This document shows, one piece after another, positions 37,160-50,990 of a stretch of 64,000 nucleotides of DNA; within the stretch, counting starts at the first letter, position 1, and each line of letters starts with the position of its first letter. The DNA comes from Octopus sinensis (taxonomy: Eukaryota), in the NCBI RefSeq assembly GCF_006345805.1, contig NC_043000.1:154566001-154630000 (forward strand), read 5' to 3'. The position numbers were made by a program, and so were the translations under genes. The notes under the pieces are model-generated. The model saw only the letters and a program-made list of their open reading frames with translations. It searched no databases and was not told the DNA's origin.

Positions 37160-37800
37160 AGCCCCAACCTACTTGGATTTCCTTTTCAAACATGAACGAG
37201 GTTCACAATTAAAACTAGTTTCACTTGTGCCTCTCAGAACCTAATTTATGTAATAACCTGCTCAGGTTGTTGACACAACTATATTGGACAAACGAGTATG
37301 ACCTTGAGAAAGAAAACCACTCCACATAAAGAGCAAATCTGTTTCCCGCAATACAGGCGAATTCCTCTCAGTGAACATATAGAAAAATGGGCAGATAACA
37401 TCAAACCAAATTTCATTGTCTTCCCCTTCTACCAGTGCAAAGACACAATCTTTCCACAAGAACGTTTAAATAAAGAAACTTTTTTCATTGAAAAATACAG
37501 AACACGTCTTAATATACACACATAACCAGCTTTTAACTTTTTACATATTTCATTTCATGATTACATCACTGTACATAAATCTCCTCACTAAACAAGGTTT
37601 TCGAAACTTATTTTTGTCTGTACATAACGATAACCAATTACCTCCCCTTATTTATCTACTTGTGAAGTCGTTCACTCGTAAATATCATCACACACAATAT
37701 GGACAAAATTTCTTCTTAAGAAAAAATACATATTCAAATAAGTAAAACATAATATCATGAATAGCGATAGCGAAACCGGTTGATATATTAAAAATTATAT
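37160..37800 (+). mobile_element. Decayed 3' fragment of a PLE related to the 18.5-20.7 kb element (GIY-YIG domain plus 3' region)
   Basis: ORF 37298-37525 (QICFPQYRRIPLSEHIEKWA...FIVFPFYQC...RLNKETFFIEKYR.RLN) aligns by eye with the C-terminus of the 18851-20242 ORF. Confidence 0.9.
37752..37786 (+). ncRNA. Hammerhead-like motif in the 3' region of the decayed PLE
   Basis: atatc-ATGAATA-gc(gata)gc-GAAA-CCGG-TT-gatat; same architecture as the 18.7 kb motif with different but still paired stems; core degenerate. Confidence 0.55.
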
Positions 37801-38015
37801 TAAAACTATGTAAGTGTGCGTCTTTTCCTTTTTTAAATATCTTATATACATCACAACTCACCATGTGGGGATAATCGAAATTCCTGTTTTAAATTTGTGA
37901 TTCTTTTAATTTTTAAGTTCCACTAACATTCTTTTGACCCACTGGTCTCAATATGGTCAACTTGGCCCACAGGTATTTTCCTTTTTATTATCCTGTTCCA
38001 GACTGATCTGGCCAC

Positions 38016-38043
<28 letters not shown>

Positions 38044-38046
<3 letters not shown>

Positions 38047-39565
38047 TAGAGTGTTCAGAAAGTAATTGCATTTTTTCACCACTTTAAAATATGAATCAAC
38101 CAATTACATCAGAGTCAAGGTTGAATGGTTGGGTACTGTCTAGAAATAGTATATCATCTCCTCTATCTAGCAGTGCATCATTCATAGTTAATTTGGTTTT
38201 CAATGCAATGGAGGATAAGAGCTTTATCAAACAACATATTCGCCATAGCTTATTGCATGAATTTTGAAAGAAAAGGATTGGCAACTGGAAGGGCAAATGA
38301 AAAACATTTGTGAAGTGTGTCTGGATGCAGTGAAGAAACTCGTGCATGTCAGCTGTAGTTTAAAAGGTTTAAAGATGGTGATTGTGACATATCTGACCAG
38401 CCTCACTCTGGAAGATGACCCACTCTGAATGACGACCCACTTTGATGAATGACGACCTTTTGAATGAGATTATAGTTTCGGATCCACATCAAAGCACCAG
38501 AAATTTGGCATAAGAATTTAATGTGTCATGTTCAACTATCCATGAATATCTCAAGCAAATTGGGAAAACATGCAAAGAAGGAATTGGGGTTCCACATGAG
38601 CTTACACTTGAGCCCTGAACCAGGAATAACAACCTGTCATTTCTGCAGAGGATTGTTACAGGTGATGAAAAATGGGTTTTACATCAGAACAGAAAATCAA
38701 AAAGACAATGTAATGAGAGGTCAATGCCAACACCAAAACCAGAACTTCAGCCACAAAAATCCTTGCTCTGTGTTTGGTGCAACATGAAGGGTATCATCCA
38801 TTATGAGCTACTGGAACATGGAAGGACCACCAATTCAGATGTCTATTGCCAACAACTTGAGCATACTCTCTTTTACTCTTTTACTCTTTTACTTGTTTCA
38901 GTCATTTGACTGCGGCCATGCTGGAGCACCGCCTTTAATCGAGCAACTCGACCCCGGGACTTATTCTTTTGTAAACCCAGTACTTATTCTATCGGTCTCT
39001 TTTTGCTGAACCCCTAAGTAACGGGGACGTAAACACACCAGCATCGGTTGTCAAGCATTGCTAGGGAGACAAACACAGACACACAAACACACACACGCAT
39101 ATATATATATATATATATATTTATTTATATATATATACATATATACGACGGGCTTCTTTCAGTTTCCATCTACCAAATCCACTCACAAGGCTTTGGTCAG
39201 CCTGGGGCTATAGTAGAAGACATTTGCCCAAGGTGCCATGCCGTGGGACTGAACCCGAAACCATGCGGTTGGTAGACAAGCTACTTACCACGCAGCCACT
39301 CCTTGAGCCTGTAAATTAAAAATTATCTTGAAGGTGACCAGCTTTGGTAAACAGAAAAGGTGAAGTTCTCCAGCATGGCCACACTCTTCAAAACAAACCT
39401 GAAAAAAAAAATATCATTAGGATGGGTAGTTCATCCACATCCTCCATACTCACCTGACTTAGCACCTGCAGATTTCCATCTGTTCTGATCACTAGAACTT
39501 TTATAATAATTCAGAAACAGAGAGGAAGTTGAAAACAGCCTCTCAGATGTTTTTTTTGTTCAGGA
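38044..39565 (+). mobile_element. Second mariner relic, interrupted by a SINE at 38863-39303
   Basis: tattagagtgttcagaaagtaattgc TIR-like start; GVPHELT, RIVTGDEKWV, KSLLCVWCNMKGIIHYELL, HPHPPYSPDLAPADFHLF. Confidence 0.85.
38863..39303 (-). mobile_element. SINE family A nested in mariner
   Basis: Full-length; the head half is duplicated at about 40195-40372. Confidence 0.9.
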
Positions 39566-41237
39566 AAAGAAATAAATGTCTTTGAATGTGTCCTTGTGAC
39601 CAAAGCCTTGTGAGCGGATTTTGTAGACGGAAACTGAAAGAAGCCTGTCGTATATATGTATATGTATGTGTGTGTGTATATGTTTGTGTGTCTGTATTTG
39701 TCCCCCTAGCATTGCTTGACAACCGATGCTGGTGTGTTTACGTCCCCGTCACTTAGCAGTTTGGTAAAAGAGACTGATAGAATAAGTACTGGGCTTACAA
39801 AGAATAAGTCCCGGGGTCGATTTGCTCGATTAAAAGGCGATGCTCCAGCATGGCCGCAGTCAAATGACTGAAACAAGTAAAAGAGTAAAAGAGTATATAT
39901 ATATATATATATATATCGAACACTTTGAACATATACTTCAAACTATATATCAACTATACATGAACTATATATCAACTATACATGAACTCTAAGATGTCTG
40001 ACTCCGTTGTGTATTATAAATGAATTTCTTGTGTTTGACGGCATGAGCTGTCTTTTTTTATATATAACTTTTTTTGATAAGGTTCATTTCAGGAACTGAC
40101 ACATGTTATAATGTATATATAAAAATTAAAATTGTATAATACAGCAGCATTTTCGAACTTCATTTTTTACAAATATATATATAATATATATTTATTTATA
40201 TATATATACATATATACGACGGGCTTCTTTCAGTTTCCATCTACCAAATCCACTCACAAGGCTTGGTCAGCCTGGGGCTATAGTAGAAGACATTTGCCCA
40301 AGGTGCCATGCGTGGGACTGAACCCGAAACCATGCGGTTGGTAGACAAGCTACTTACCACGCAGCCACTCCTTGAGCCTGTAAATTAAAAATTATCTTGA
40401 AGGTGACCAGCTTTGGTAAACAGAAAAGGTGAAGTTCTCCAGCATGGCCACACTCTTCAAAACAAACCTGAAAAAAAAAATATCATTAGGATGGGTAGTT
40501 CATCCACATCCTCCATACTCACCTGACTTAGCACCTGCAGATTTCCATCTGTTCTGATCACTAGAACATTTTATAATAATTCAGAAACAGAGAGGAAGTT
40601 GAAAACAGCCTCTCAGATGTTTTTTTTGTTCAGGAAAAGAAATAAATGTCTTTGAATGTGTCCTTGTGACCAAAGCCTTGTGAGCGGATTTTGTAGACGG
40701 AAACTGAAAGAAGCCTGTCGTATATATGTATATGTATGTGTGTGTGTATATGTTTGTGTGTCTGTATTTGTCCCCCTAGCATTGCTTGACAACCGATGCT
40801 GGTGTGTTTACGTCCCCGTCACTTAGCAGTTTGGTAAAAGAGACTGATAGAATAAGTACTGGGCTTACAAAGAATAAGTCCCGGGGTCGATTTGCTCGAT
40901 TAAAAGGCGATGCTCCAGCATGGCCGCAGTCAAATGACTGAAACAAGTAAAAGAGTAAAAGAGTATATATATATATATACATATCGAACACTTTGAACAT
41001 ATACTTCAAACTATATATCAACTATACATGAACTATATATCAACTATACATGAACTCTAAGATGTCTGACTCCGTTGTGTATTATAAATGAATTTCTTGT
41101 GTTTGACGGCATGAGCTGTCTTTTTTTATATATAACTTTTTTTGATAAGGTTCATTTCAGGAACTGACACATGTTATAATGTATATATAAAAATTAAAAA
41201 TTGTATAATACAGCAGCATTTTCGAACTTCATTTTTT

Positions 41238-41250
<13 letters not shown>
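39100..41250. repeat. Near-identical tandem duplication, period about 1068 bp, with (TA)n at the junctions
   Basis: 39312 taaattaaaaattatc recurs at 40381; 39917 cgaacactttg recurs at 40985; only a few differences seen. Confidence 0.92.
39593..39895 (+). mobile_element. SINE family A, 5'-truncated (duplicated at about 40662-40963)
   Basis: Match from gaccaaagccttgtgagcgg to the gagtaaaagag tail. Confidence 0.88.
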
Positions 41251-41277
<27 letters not shown>

Positions 41278-41279
<2 letters not shown>

Positions 41280-41793
41280 TATCTTTCATCACTAACACCA
41301 ATTTTAATGTAAGGTTCATGATACTTGTGGGGTTGGGGTGACCTTTCAGTATATAGGTGTTCTTATGGACACTTGATCTTAAACCCTTTGTTATTGCCCT
41401 TAGGATTACAATGAGCAGGAGGTGGCTGATGACTGAGCCTTGAAACACTCTTACCAGCAAGCTAAATTCATCACTAAATTCATTATTTTGTTAACTACAG
41501 CTCTGTCCATAGCTCACACAGCACTCAAAGGCCATTTATCAATACCTAGTTTCCTTAGCAACAGCTAGATTAAAGAGTAAGGCATGTTGTCAAAGGACTT
41601 CTTCAAGCCAACGACTGCTAGCTATAGTGGCTACTATATCTAGCAGTCATTGGCTCATTGTAATCCTAAAGGCAATAACAAAGGGTTTAAGAACAAGTGT
41701 CCATGAGAACACCTATATACTGAAAGGTCACCCCCAACCCCACAAGTATCATGAACCCTACATTAAAATTGGTGTTAGTGATGAAGGATAGTG
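41278..41793. repeat. About 140-bp inverted repeat pair (41278-41416 / 41653-41793) flanked by TA runs
   Basis: Direct reverse-complement match; the left arm on minus translates as VRVFQGSVISHLLLIVILRAI, resembling an RTE RT motif (GVHQGSVLSPLLF). Confidence 0.75.
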
Positions 41794-41801
41794 TATATAT
41801 A

Positions 41802-42014
41802 TACTCTTTTACTCTTTTACTTGTTTCAGTCATTTCACTGCGGCCATGCTGGAGCACCGCCTTTTTAGTCGAGCAACTTGACCCCGGGACTTATTCTTTT
41901 GCAAGCCCAGTACTTATTCTATCGGTCTCTTTTGCCGAACCGCTAAGTAACGGGGACATAAACACACCAGCATCGTTGTCAAGCAATGCTAGGGGGACAA
42001 ACACAGACACACAA

Positions 42015-42045
<31 letters not shown>

Positions 42046-42217
42046 CATATATACGACGGGCTTCTTTCAGTTTCAGTCTACCAAATCCACTCACAAGGCA
42101 TTGGTCGGCCCGAGGCTATAGTAGAAGACACTTGCCCAAGGTGCCACGCAGTGGGACTGAACCCGGAACCATATGGTTGGTAAACAAGCTACATACCACC
42201 CAGCCACTTCTGCGCCT
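41802..42217 (-). mobile_element. SINE family A
   Basis: Full-length match. Confidence 0.9.
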
Positions 42218-42869
42218 ATATATATCTTTTGTATTTTATCTTTTACTTGGTTCAGTCATTAGACTGTGGCCATGCTGGATCATCACCTTGAGGAATTTAT
42301 AGTTGAATGTATTGACCCCGGTACTTTAATTTTTAAGCCTGGTACATATAACCCTGATACTTATTCTATTGACACTGAAGGTTTTAATTTAAATATGAAG
42401 ACTACAATGATGAGATTTGTGTTAAAAACCACGACTGAGATAGAATGATAAGAAAAGGGTTAAATTGAGTTTCACACAAAATGGTACAATTTCAGCCTAA
42501 AACCTTTGAAATAGTAGACTGTAGATGTTTGCATTTAATTATCTCAGATTTAATTATCTCACATTTAATTATCAAACAGTAATTCTACTTACTGTTGATC
42601 AGGAAGTGTTTTGACTATGTTCCTAAACTTACCCATTAGTGTCTCATATTTAAGATATGTCAAAGACTGTCTTTTAGCCTCAAAGCAAAATTCTTGTTCT
42701 CCAAAGCAACTAATCATTTCTTTATCATACTAACAATTATGGTTCTGTCTGGTTTCAGTGATTACTTTACATATAATTTGTACAGCATTTTGCTTCATCT
42801 TTAAATCAATAAATGGTGAATACTATTGGATATGAAGCAAGCACTTAGTCAGCTAAGCCTGTATGATAC

Positions 42870-42998
<129 letters not shown>

Positions 42999-43339
42999 TA
43001 TATATATATATATACACATATACATACATACATACATATACACACACATACACACACACACATAAATTCTACATTTGTATCAACTTATTTATTCAGACAA
43101 TGTTCATTATTTTTATGCATATAAAATCACTTATTTTGAGCCTACAAATATATGTCTGTGTATGTGTGTGTGTGTGTGTGTGTGAGTGTGTATGAGTGCA
43201 GTGTCTGTCATTACAGGGAAGATGTTTACCCATTTGTATTGAAAGGGCCGTTGGTAAAGGCACTTACTTTTGCTAGGGGCTTCACTGGCATAAGTGATAG
43301 AGACATTGATGTATTTATGCATGCCAGAAAAACACTGCT

Positions 43340-44930
43340 GTTTAATAAAGGGTTGACCTAGGTGGCACAAACTGACCCAGTGGGCTCTTTTGATGTAGTG
43401 ATGGGAGCCCGCAACAGGGTGAGCATCTGTGACCTTATAGAACTGTATATTTCAAACAACTTAAAGAGGTTTCCCTCAGTTCTCTTTGGTCTCTACAGAG
43501 ATGACGTTCTGGCCATCTTTAGAAGAGCTAACAGGCATACCCTTGATAAGCTTAGGAAGGATCTAATTAGTGCCCTGAGCTCCATGGGGCTCAAGATAAC
43601 AATCAAGGCCAACCTCACCATTGTAAACTTTTTTAGACGTTACATTAGATCTGAGATCCTGTTCTTATAAACCCTACCACAAACCAAACAAGAGGCTGTC
43701 CTACATCGACACAGCTTCCTGTTCAGGAACCTTGTGAAGGGTGTCAGCAAGAGAATCATGAACCTATCCTCAAGTCAAGAAATTTTCAACATCATGGCCC
43801 TTTATTACAATGAGGCTCTGGTGTCCAGTGGCTTTAAGGATTGCCTCTCCTATATACTGGCCCCTGGCACCTGCAAAAGGAAGTGCCACTGTGATGTCAT
43901 TTGGTTTTTTCCTCCCTTCTCTCTCAATGTTAAAATGAGGGAAGGATATTCCTTAGATTGATTGATGAAAACTTCACACAGTCACACAGATATGGAAATT
44001 TGTTTAATAGGCACAACTTAAGGGTATCTTTCAGTTGCACATCTAACATTATGAAAATTTTAGTGAGTACCTGTAAGCCACGAGCAGCCTGAGCAGCAGT
44101 GATACATCCACTGACAACAGCAGCAATGTCAGCAATGGTAGTGGCAACAGTGATGGTGTCAGCAGTGCAACAATTACAACTGCAACAGTAAATCCAACTT
44201 TGCAGGCAGGAATGACTGCTACACCAGTGGCAACAGAACCATAAGAATCACATTCAGGAATACCAGCACTGCTATTGACTCCAGCAACAACAACAACAAC
44301 AATATCAGACCTGGAATTAATGAAAGAAACATCAGTGGTGGTAGCATATCCAATGCACAGACAGTAAAATGTGTTGGTTCAACCATACCCCAATTTAAGC
44401 AATGTTTCAACAAACACAAGTATTCTTTTAGGATCCTGTAAAGGTGCAACATCATGTCTCTGGTCATCCACGTATGGTGCTTAAAAGAGGAAAGAACTCC
44501 ATACATAATTAAATGGAAGTTCTTTGAACAACCAGGGACCTATAAAAATGGGAGCAAACGATGTAAGCTTTGCTTGGCAGAGAGGGCAACAATCCTAAAA
44601 AAACTTGCTTGCCCTGGGAATCTTTACAAAGTCCAGGAGAGATGTATTTAGTCAATGCCTTAATCTAAAAGTTGACATACTACAAATTTGGAATTACCCA
44701 TTTGCTGAATAGGTCCACTGCAGTTCCTTCAAATATGACCATGGCCAGAGCCAATGTAGGGGTGATAACCCTGTTCCACCTGCAGCACAGACTAATGTCT
44801 TTTGTTTACAAAACTGACAGTGACATATTTCTTATTCTGGTTGCAGAAAGAATATGCATTAGCGGCCTTTTGAATCTGATGAGCCACTTATACTGCTAAG
44901 TACTTATAAGTGCAAAACCGATGGTCACTA
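43340..44930 (+). mobile_element. Decayed PLE of a different clade (RT, linker, EN remnants) with low-complexity insert at about 44090-44340
   Basis: ORF 43362-43670 GLYRDDVLAIFR...LRKDLI (RT motif C); VIWFFPPFSLNV linker; ORF 44454-44651 WKF...YKNGSKRCKLCLAE, typical of a PLE EN C-terminus. Confidence 0.8.
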
Positions 44931-45044
44931 TATGATTGACCATAACATTTAACTTCCTAAAAAACTTACTACTTTAATGCTTTAGTGTATGCTTCTTTTT
45001 GGGATATATGAAATACTGACTATATATATATATAAATAGATAAA

Positions 45045-45722
45045 GATAAATAAAGAAATGGAGTTAAACACAGGTGTTATTCAAATTTTTATACTTCTGA
45101 CATATGTTTCGAAGAAAACATTGGTATTATTCCAGAGGGAATAAAATGATGTAAAACAATGTAATCTCATCAGGCAAAAAAAAGAGAAACAAAACACAAT
45201 AAGCCATTTTAACCGAATGAGATTACTGCATATATGATGAAGGGAACGCTGACATGTTATTTAAAAAAAAAAAACGTTAATAGATTTAACATCAAATGCA
45301 ATTTTAGAGAAATAGAAAGAGGAGAAAGAAAGAAAATAGCAGAAAACCAAGAGTGGAGAATTGTAGTGTGATGGTCTGGTTCCCATTCATCTATCACACT
45401 ACATTTCTCCCCTCTTGGTTTTCTGATAATTTCCTTCTTTCTCCTACTTCTCTTTCTCTAAATTGCATTTGACGTTAAATCTATTAACGTCTTTTTTTTT
45501 AAAAATAACTTGCCAGTATTCCCTTCATCATATATGCAGTAATCACATTCGGTTAAAATGGCTTACTGATGCGTTTTGTTTCTCTTTTTTTCCCTGATGA
45601 GAAGATTGCAATGTTTTACATAATTTTATTCCCTCTGGAATAATACCAATGTTTTCTTTGGAACATATGTTGGAAGTATAAAGATTTGAATAACACCCAT
45701 GTTTAACTCCATTTTATTTATC
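45045..45722. repeat. About 680-bp imperfect foldback made of two inverted PLE pseudo-LTR-like arms, each with a hammerhead motif
   Basis: 45045-45372 is the reverse complement of about 45393-45722; CTGATGAG...CGAAACATATGTC on minus (45099-45173) and CTGATGAG...TGGAACATATGTT on plus (45594-45671). Confidence 0.85.
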
Positions 45723-45794
45723 TGTTATACTAAAACATTTCACTAAACCCTGGAATTTCTACCTTTATAAGTAGGCTGTAACATCCTAGGTACT

Positions 45795-46200
45795 TACTCT
45801 TTACTCTTTTACTTGTTTCAGTCATTTGACTGCGGCCATGCTGGAGCACCACCTTTAATCGAGCAACTCGACCCCAGGACTTATTCTTTTGTAAGCCCAG
45901 TACTTATTTTATCGGTCTCTTTTGCCGAACCGCTAAGTAACGGGGACATAAACACACCAGCATCGGTTGTCAAGCAATGCTAGGGGGACAAACACAGACA
46001 CACAAACACACATACACATATATATATACATATATACGACGGGCTTCTTTCAGTTTCCGTCTACCAAATCCACTCACATGGCTTTGGTCAGCCCGAAGCT
46101 ATGGTAGAAGACACTTGCCCAAGGTGCCACGCAGTGGGACTGAACCCTGAACCATGTGGTTGGTAGACAAGCTACTTACCACACAGCCACTCCTGCACCT
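45795..46200 (-). mobile_element. SINE family A
   Basis: Full-length match. Confidence 0.9.
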
Positions 46201-46579
46201 ATGTGAATTTTTTGCTACTCTGGTAACTATTTATTTAGTTTTTCCATGTTATTTGTACACATTGTAAAAATAAACACACACACACACACATATAATTTTG
46301 TTGGGGAATTTTTTTCTTTTTTATTTTAATCAAAATGTTATTTGTTTATATTTACAAATGTTTGTAATTCTTATAGAAAGATAATAGTAATTGAAAATTG
46401 CAGCAATGTTTCCTTCCCCAACCAGCGTGGGACCCATGTATGAATGTACCTGATGAGACCCAGACTGCAAAATAGATGCAGCACATGGTGAATGGGGTCC
46501 CACCCATAAGGGCTAGTAGCAGGATGGGTCGAAACAACCTTGGTACCAAATGAAGATTAATACCAAACCCATCTTCTGG

Positions 46580-47519
<940 letters not shown>

Positions 47520-47896
47520 CATACACACACACACACTCACTCATACACACACATTTTCAACGTTCTGTTTGTTGATAGTTCCTTTATACTCAGATGATGT
47601 TTTTACCGAATGGTAAATGTTTCAACTTCAATTCTGAAATTTTAGAGTTTCCAGATTTTCACATACCTGATGAGGATACTGAAACAGAACCCTTCAGTAT
47701 CTTCACTACAAAATCTAGAATATTAGGTTACTGCAAACTTTGCCAGAAAATGAAGATGGTTAATACATTTTGAGCCATAATATCATTAGTTTGTATTACT
47801 TTAGTCTGTGTTATGACCAATTTTAGTTCATTGAGGTAATAAAAGAAGGGAACTTAGTTGCAAACCAAAATTTTCACTATGCTATATTTTTATTAG

Positions 47897-48190
47897 GAGG
47901 CACATGGCCTAGTGGTTAGAGCAATGGATTTGCGGTCACAGGATTGCGGGTTCGAATCTCAGATGTGTGTGTGTTTATGAGCGAAACACCAAAGCTCCAC
48001 ATGGCTCCAGCAGAAGGTAATGGTGAACTTCTGCTGACTCATTCGACACAACTTTCTCTCACTCTTTCCCCCTGCATTTTGCAGTTCACCTGTGATGGAC
48101 CAGCGTCCCGTCCAGGTGGGGAACCTATATGCCAAGGGTACTGGGAAACCGGCCCTATGAGCCTGGCATGGCTCGAGAAGGAACAAACAA
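47897..48190 (+). mobile_element. SINE family C-like head with V-domain-like 3' part
   Basis: ggaggcacatggcctagtggttagag head; gtgatggaccagcgtcccgtccagg resembles the V-SINE domain (recalled). Confidence 0.7.
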
Positions 48191-48766
48191 ACAATACTTT
48201 TATTAAGTATCGATTTTAAAATTTCTGAAGATTAATGGGGTTTCTTCAATATTAATCAAGATTTTGTTGAAGGTATTGGCAATTCTAAAAGCCATTAGAT
48301 CCTATATTTATAGTTCTCCACATTCTTTTTATGAGCTAGTTGTAAAGCTCTCTATTTGAGTTGCCTTTTTTTCATAAACATTATATATCTACCACATTTA
48401 ATTATGCAGTCCCCTCTGGCTATTTCCATACTCTTAATTCCTTAGGCTGATTTCTTTGAAGAAAAAATTCTTTGTTAACTTCTTAATCCCTTTAAAACCT
48501 TAATTACTTAATTTTCTAAATAGCTTAGTAGTAAAACTTATATATATATATATATACATATATTTACAAGATAAGGGCAGAAGAAAAATTCTAATGCCAG
48601 ATACGCCGAAACACAAAAAATTGTCGATAACCATTAAATTAAAATTTAATGGTAAATTATGTATAAATTTTACCTTTAAAGGCATTTTTTGATATGCTGG
48701 CCATTGATAAAATTTTTTCCCCGAAAAAAATTTTTATCCTATATCAATTATATATATATATATATA

Positions 48767-49159
48767 TACTCTTTTTACTCTATTACTCTTTTACTTGTTT
48801 CAGTCATTTGACTGTGGCAATGCTACAGCATCACCTTTAGTCAAGCAAATCGACCCCAGGACTTATTCCTTGTAAGCTAGTACTTATTCTATCGGTTTCT
48901 TTTGTCGAACCGCTAAGTTACGGGGACGTAAACACACCAGCATCGGTTGTCAAGCGATGTTGTGAGGACAAACACAGACACACAAACACATACACACACA
49001 TACATATATATATGAAGGGGCTTCTTTCAGTTTCTGTCTACCAAATCCACTCACAAAGCTATAGTAGAAGACACTTGCCCAAGGTTCCACACAGTGGGAC
49101 TGAACCCAGAACCATGTGGTTCGTAAGCAAGCTGCTTACCACACAGCCACTCCTACACC
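48767..49159 (-). mobile_element. SINE family A with small internal deletion
   Basis: Match lacking the ggctttggtcggcccgag segment. Confidence 0.88.
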
Positions 49160-49161
49160 TG

Positions 49162-49205
<44 letters not shown>

Positions 49206-49507
49206 GCTGTTGAAGATGATATATGAGTGTTTAGCTTTTAGCAAATCACCTGCACAGATGATTTGCTTATAGTTATCAAATGTGCTTTACATGCTGTACA
49301 TTAGCACTCTCTCTCTCTCTCCATCGAATCACTGTTGCCTAAACAGGTGCATGGTGTACCATGTGTCAGCTTTGAAGTGATCACAGAGCAATGTGAGATG
49401 AAGTGTCTTGCTCAAGAACACAATGCATCACCTGGTCTAGGAATCGAAACCATGGTCTTGGAATCATGAGTGTAACACCCCTAACTATTAGATTATGTGC
49501 CCTCATA

Positions 49508-49737
49508 AGGCAGCGAGCTGGCAGAATCGTTAGCATGCTGGGCGAAATGCTTAGCAGTATTTTGTCTGCCGTTACGTTCTGAGTTCAAATTCCTCTGAGG
49601 TTAACTTTGCCTTTCATCCTTTCGCGGTCGATAAATTAAGTACCAGTTACGCACTGGGGTCGATGTAATCGACTTAATCCATTTGTCTGTCCTTGTTTGT
49701 CCTTTCTGTGTTTAACCCCTTGTGAGTAGTAAAGAAA
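49508..49737 (+). mobile_element. SINE family B monomer
   Basis: 19-bp TSD tagattatgtgccctcata (49489-49507 / 49738-49756). Confidence 0.92.
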
Positions 49738-49886
49738 TAGATTATGTGCCCTCATATACTAGGAAGGGCTTCAAGCCATAGAAACCAAGCCCAAATCATA
49801 CTGGCCCCTTACACAGCTCTCTGGCTTACCAGTTCCTGTCAAACTGTTTAATCCGTGCCAACATGGAAAGCAGATGCTAAATGGTA

Positions 49887-49926
<40 letters not shown>

Positions 49927-50127
49927 CAAGTGATCATGACCTTTGGTGATTTGCTGTGCTTGAGAAGACTCATCAAACCACATGAAATCGTAGCTGTATC
50001 TGGTGCTGGTGACTTGTAACAGCATTTGTGGTGGTGACACGTATAAGCACCTGTGCTGGTGATTCATAAAAGCATCCATGCCAGGTGTTAGGAAGGGCAT
50101 CTGACCATAGAAACCATGCCAAAATCA

Positions 50128-50542
50128 AAAGGCAGCGAGCTGGCAGAAACGTTAGCACGCTGGGCGAAATGCTTAGCAGTATTTTGTCTGCCGTTACGTT
50201 CTGAGTTCAAATTCCGCCGAGGTCGACTTTGCCTTTCATCCTTTCGGGATCGATTAAATAAGTACCAGTTACACACTGGGGTCGATGTAATCGACTTAAT
50301 ACCTTTGTTCTTGTTTGTCCCCCCTATGTTTAGCCCTTTGTGGGTTATAAAGAAATAGATATTTCGTCTGCTGTTATGTTCTGAGTTCAAATTCCGTCGA
50401 GGTTGACTTTGCCTTTCATCCTTTCGGGGGTCGATAAATTAAGTACTAGTTACACACTGGGGTCTATGTAATCAAATTAATCCCTTTGTCTGTCTTTGTT
50501 TGACCCCTCTATGTTTAGCACTTTGTGGGCAATAAAGAAATA
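50128..50542 (+). mobile_element. SINE family B dimer within a single TSD
   Basis: 19-bp TSD agaaaccatgccaaaatca (50109-50127 / 50543-50561). Confidence 0.92.
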
Positions 50543-50574
50543 AGAAACCATGCCAAAATCAGATCTTTTCTCTA

Positions 50575-50990
50575 AGATTGTATGATGTTTGTGTCAGAAC
50601 TACAGTTGTGCATGGTAGTGAGACAAGGGTCTGGGATGCAAGAGGATTTAAAAAGACTGGAAAGAAATGAAGCAACCTTTCTCCATTGGATGTGCAATGT
50701 GAGTGTGCATGAAAGAATTAGTACAAAGATGCTGAATGCAAAACTGAATATAAGAGAAATTAGCTGTTGAGCTCAATAAAGAAGACTGCACTGGTATGGA
50801 CACGTGATGCATATGGATGAGGAGAGCCTAATAAAGAAGTTCCATTCACTTAATGTGGCTGGAACTTGTGGAGGAGGGAAACTCAGGAATACATGGGATG
50901 AAGTGGTGAAGGCTGACCACAAGATCCTGAGCCTGACAAAGAAGATGACAAAGGATAGGGATCTCTGGTGAATTGAGGTTCTCAAAAAGA
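50575..50990 (+). mobile_element. RTE-type LINE C-terminal fragment
   Basis: RLERNEATFLHWMCNVSVHER...RRLHWYGHVMHM...TWDEVVKAD. Confidence 0.85.

Noticed and set aside
47650-47720. CTGATGAG followed by a 9-bp hairpin (gatactgaa/ttcagtatc)
   Set aside because: No GAAA, stem III or cleavage triplet; just a small degenerate palindrome
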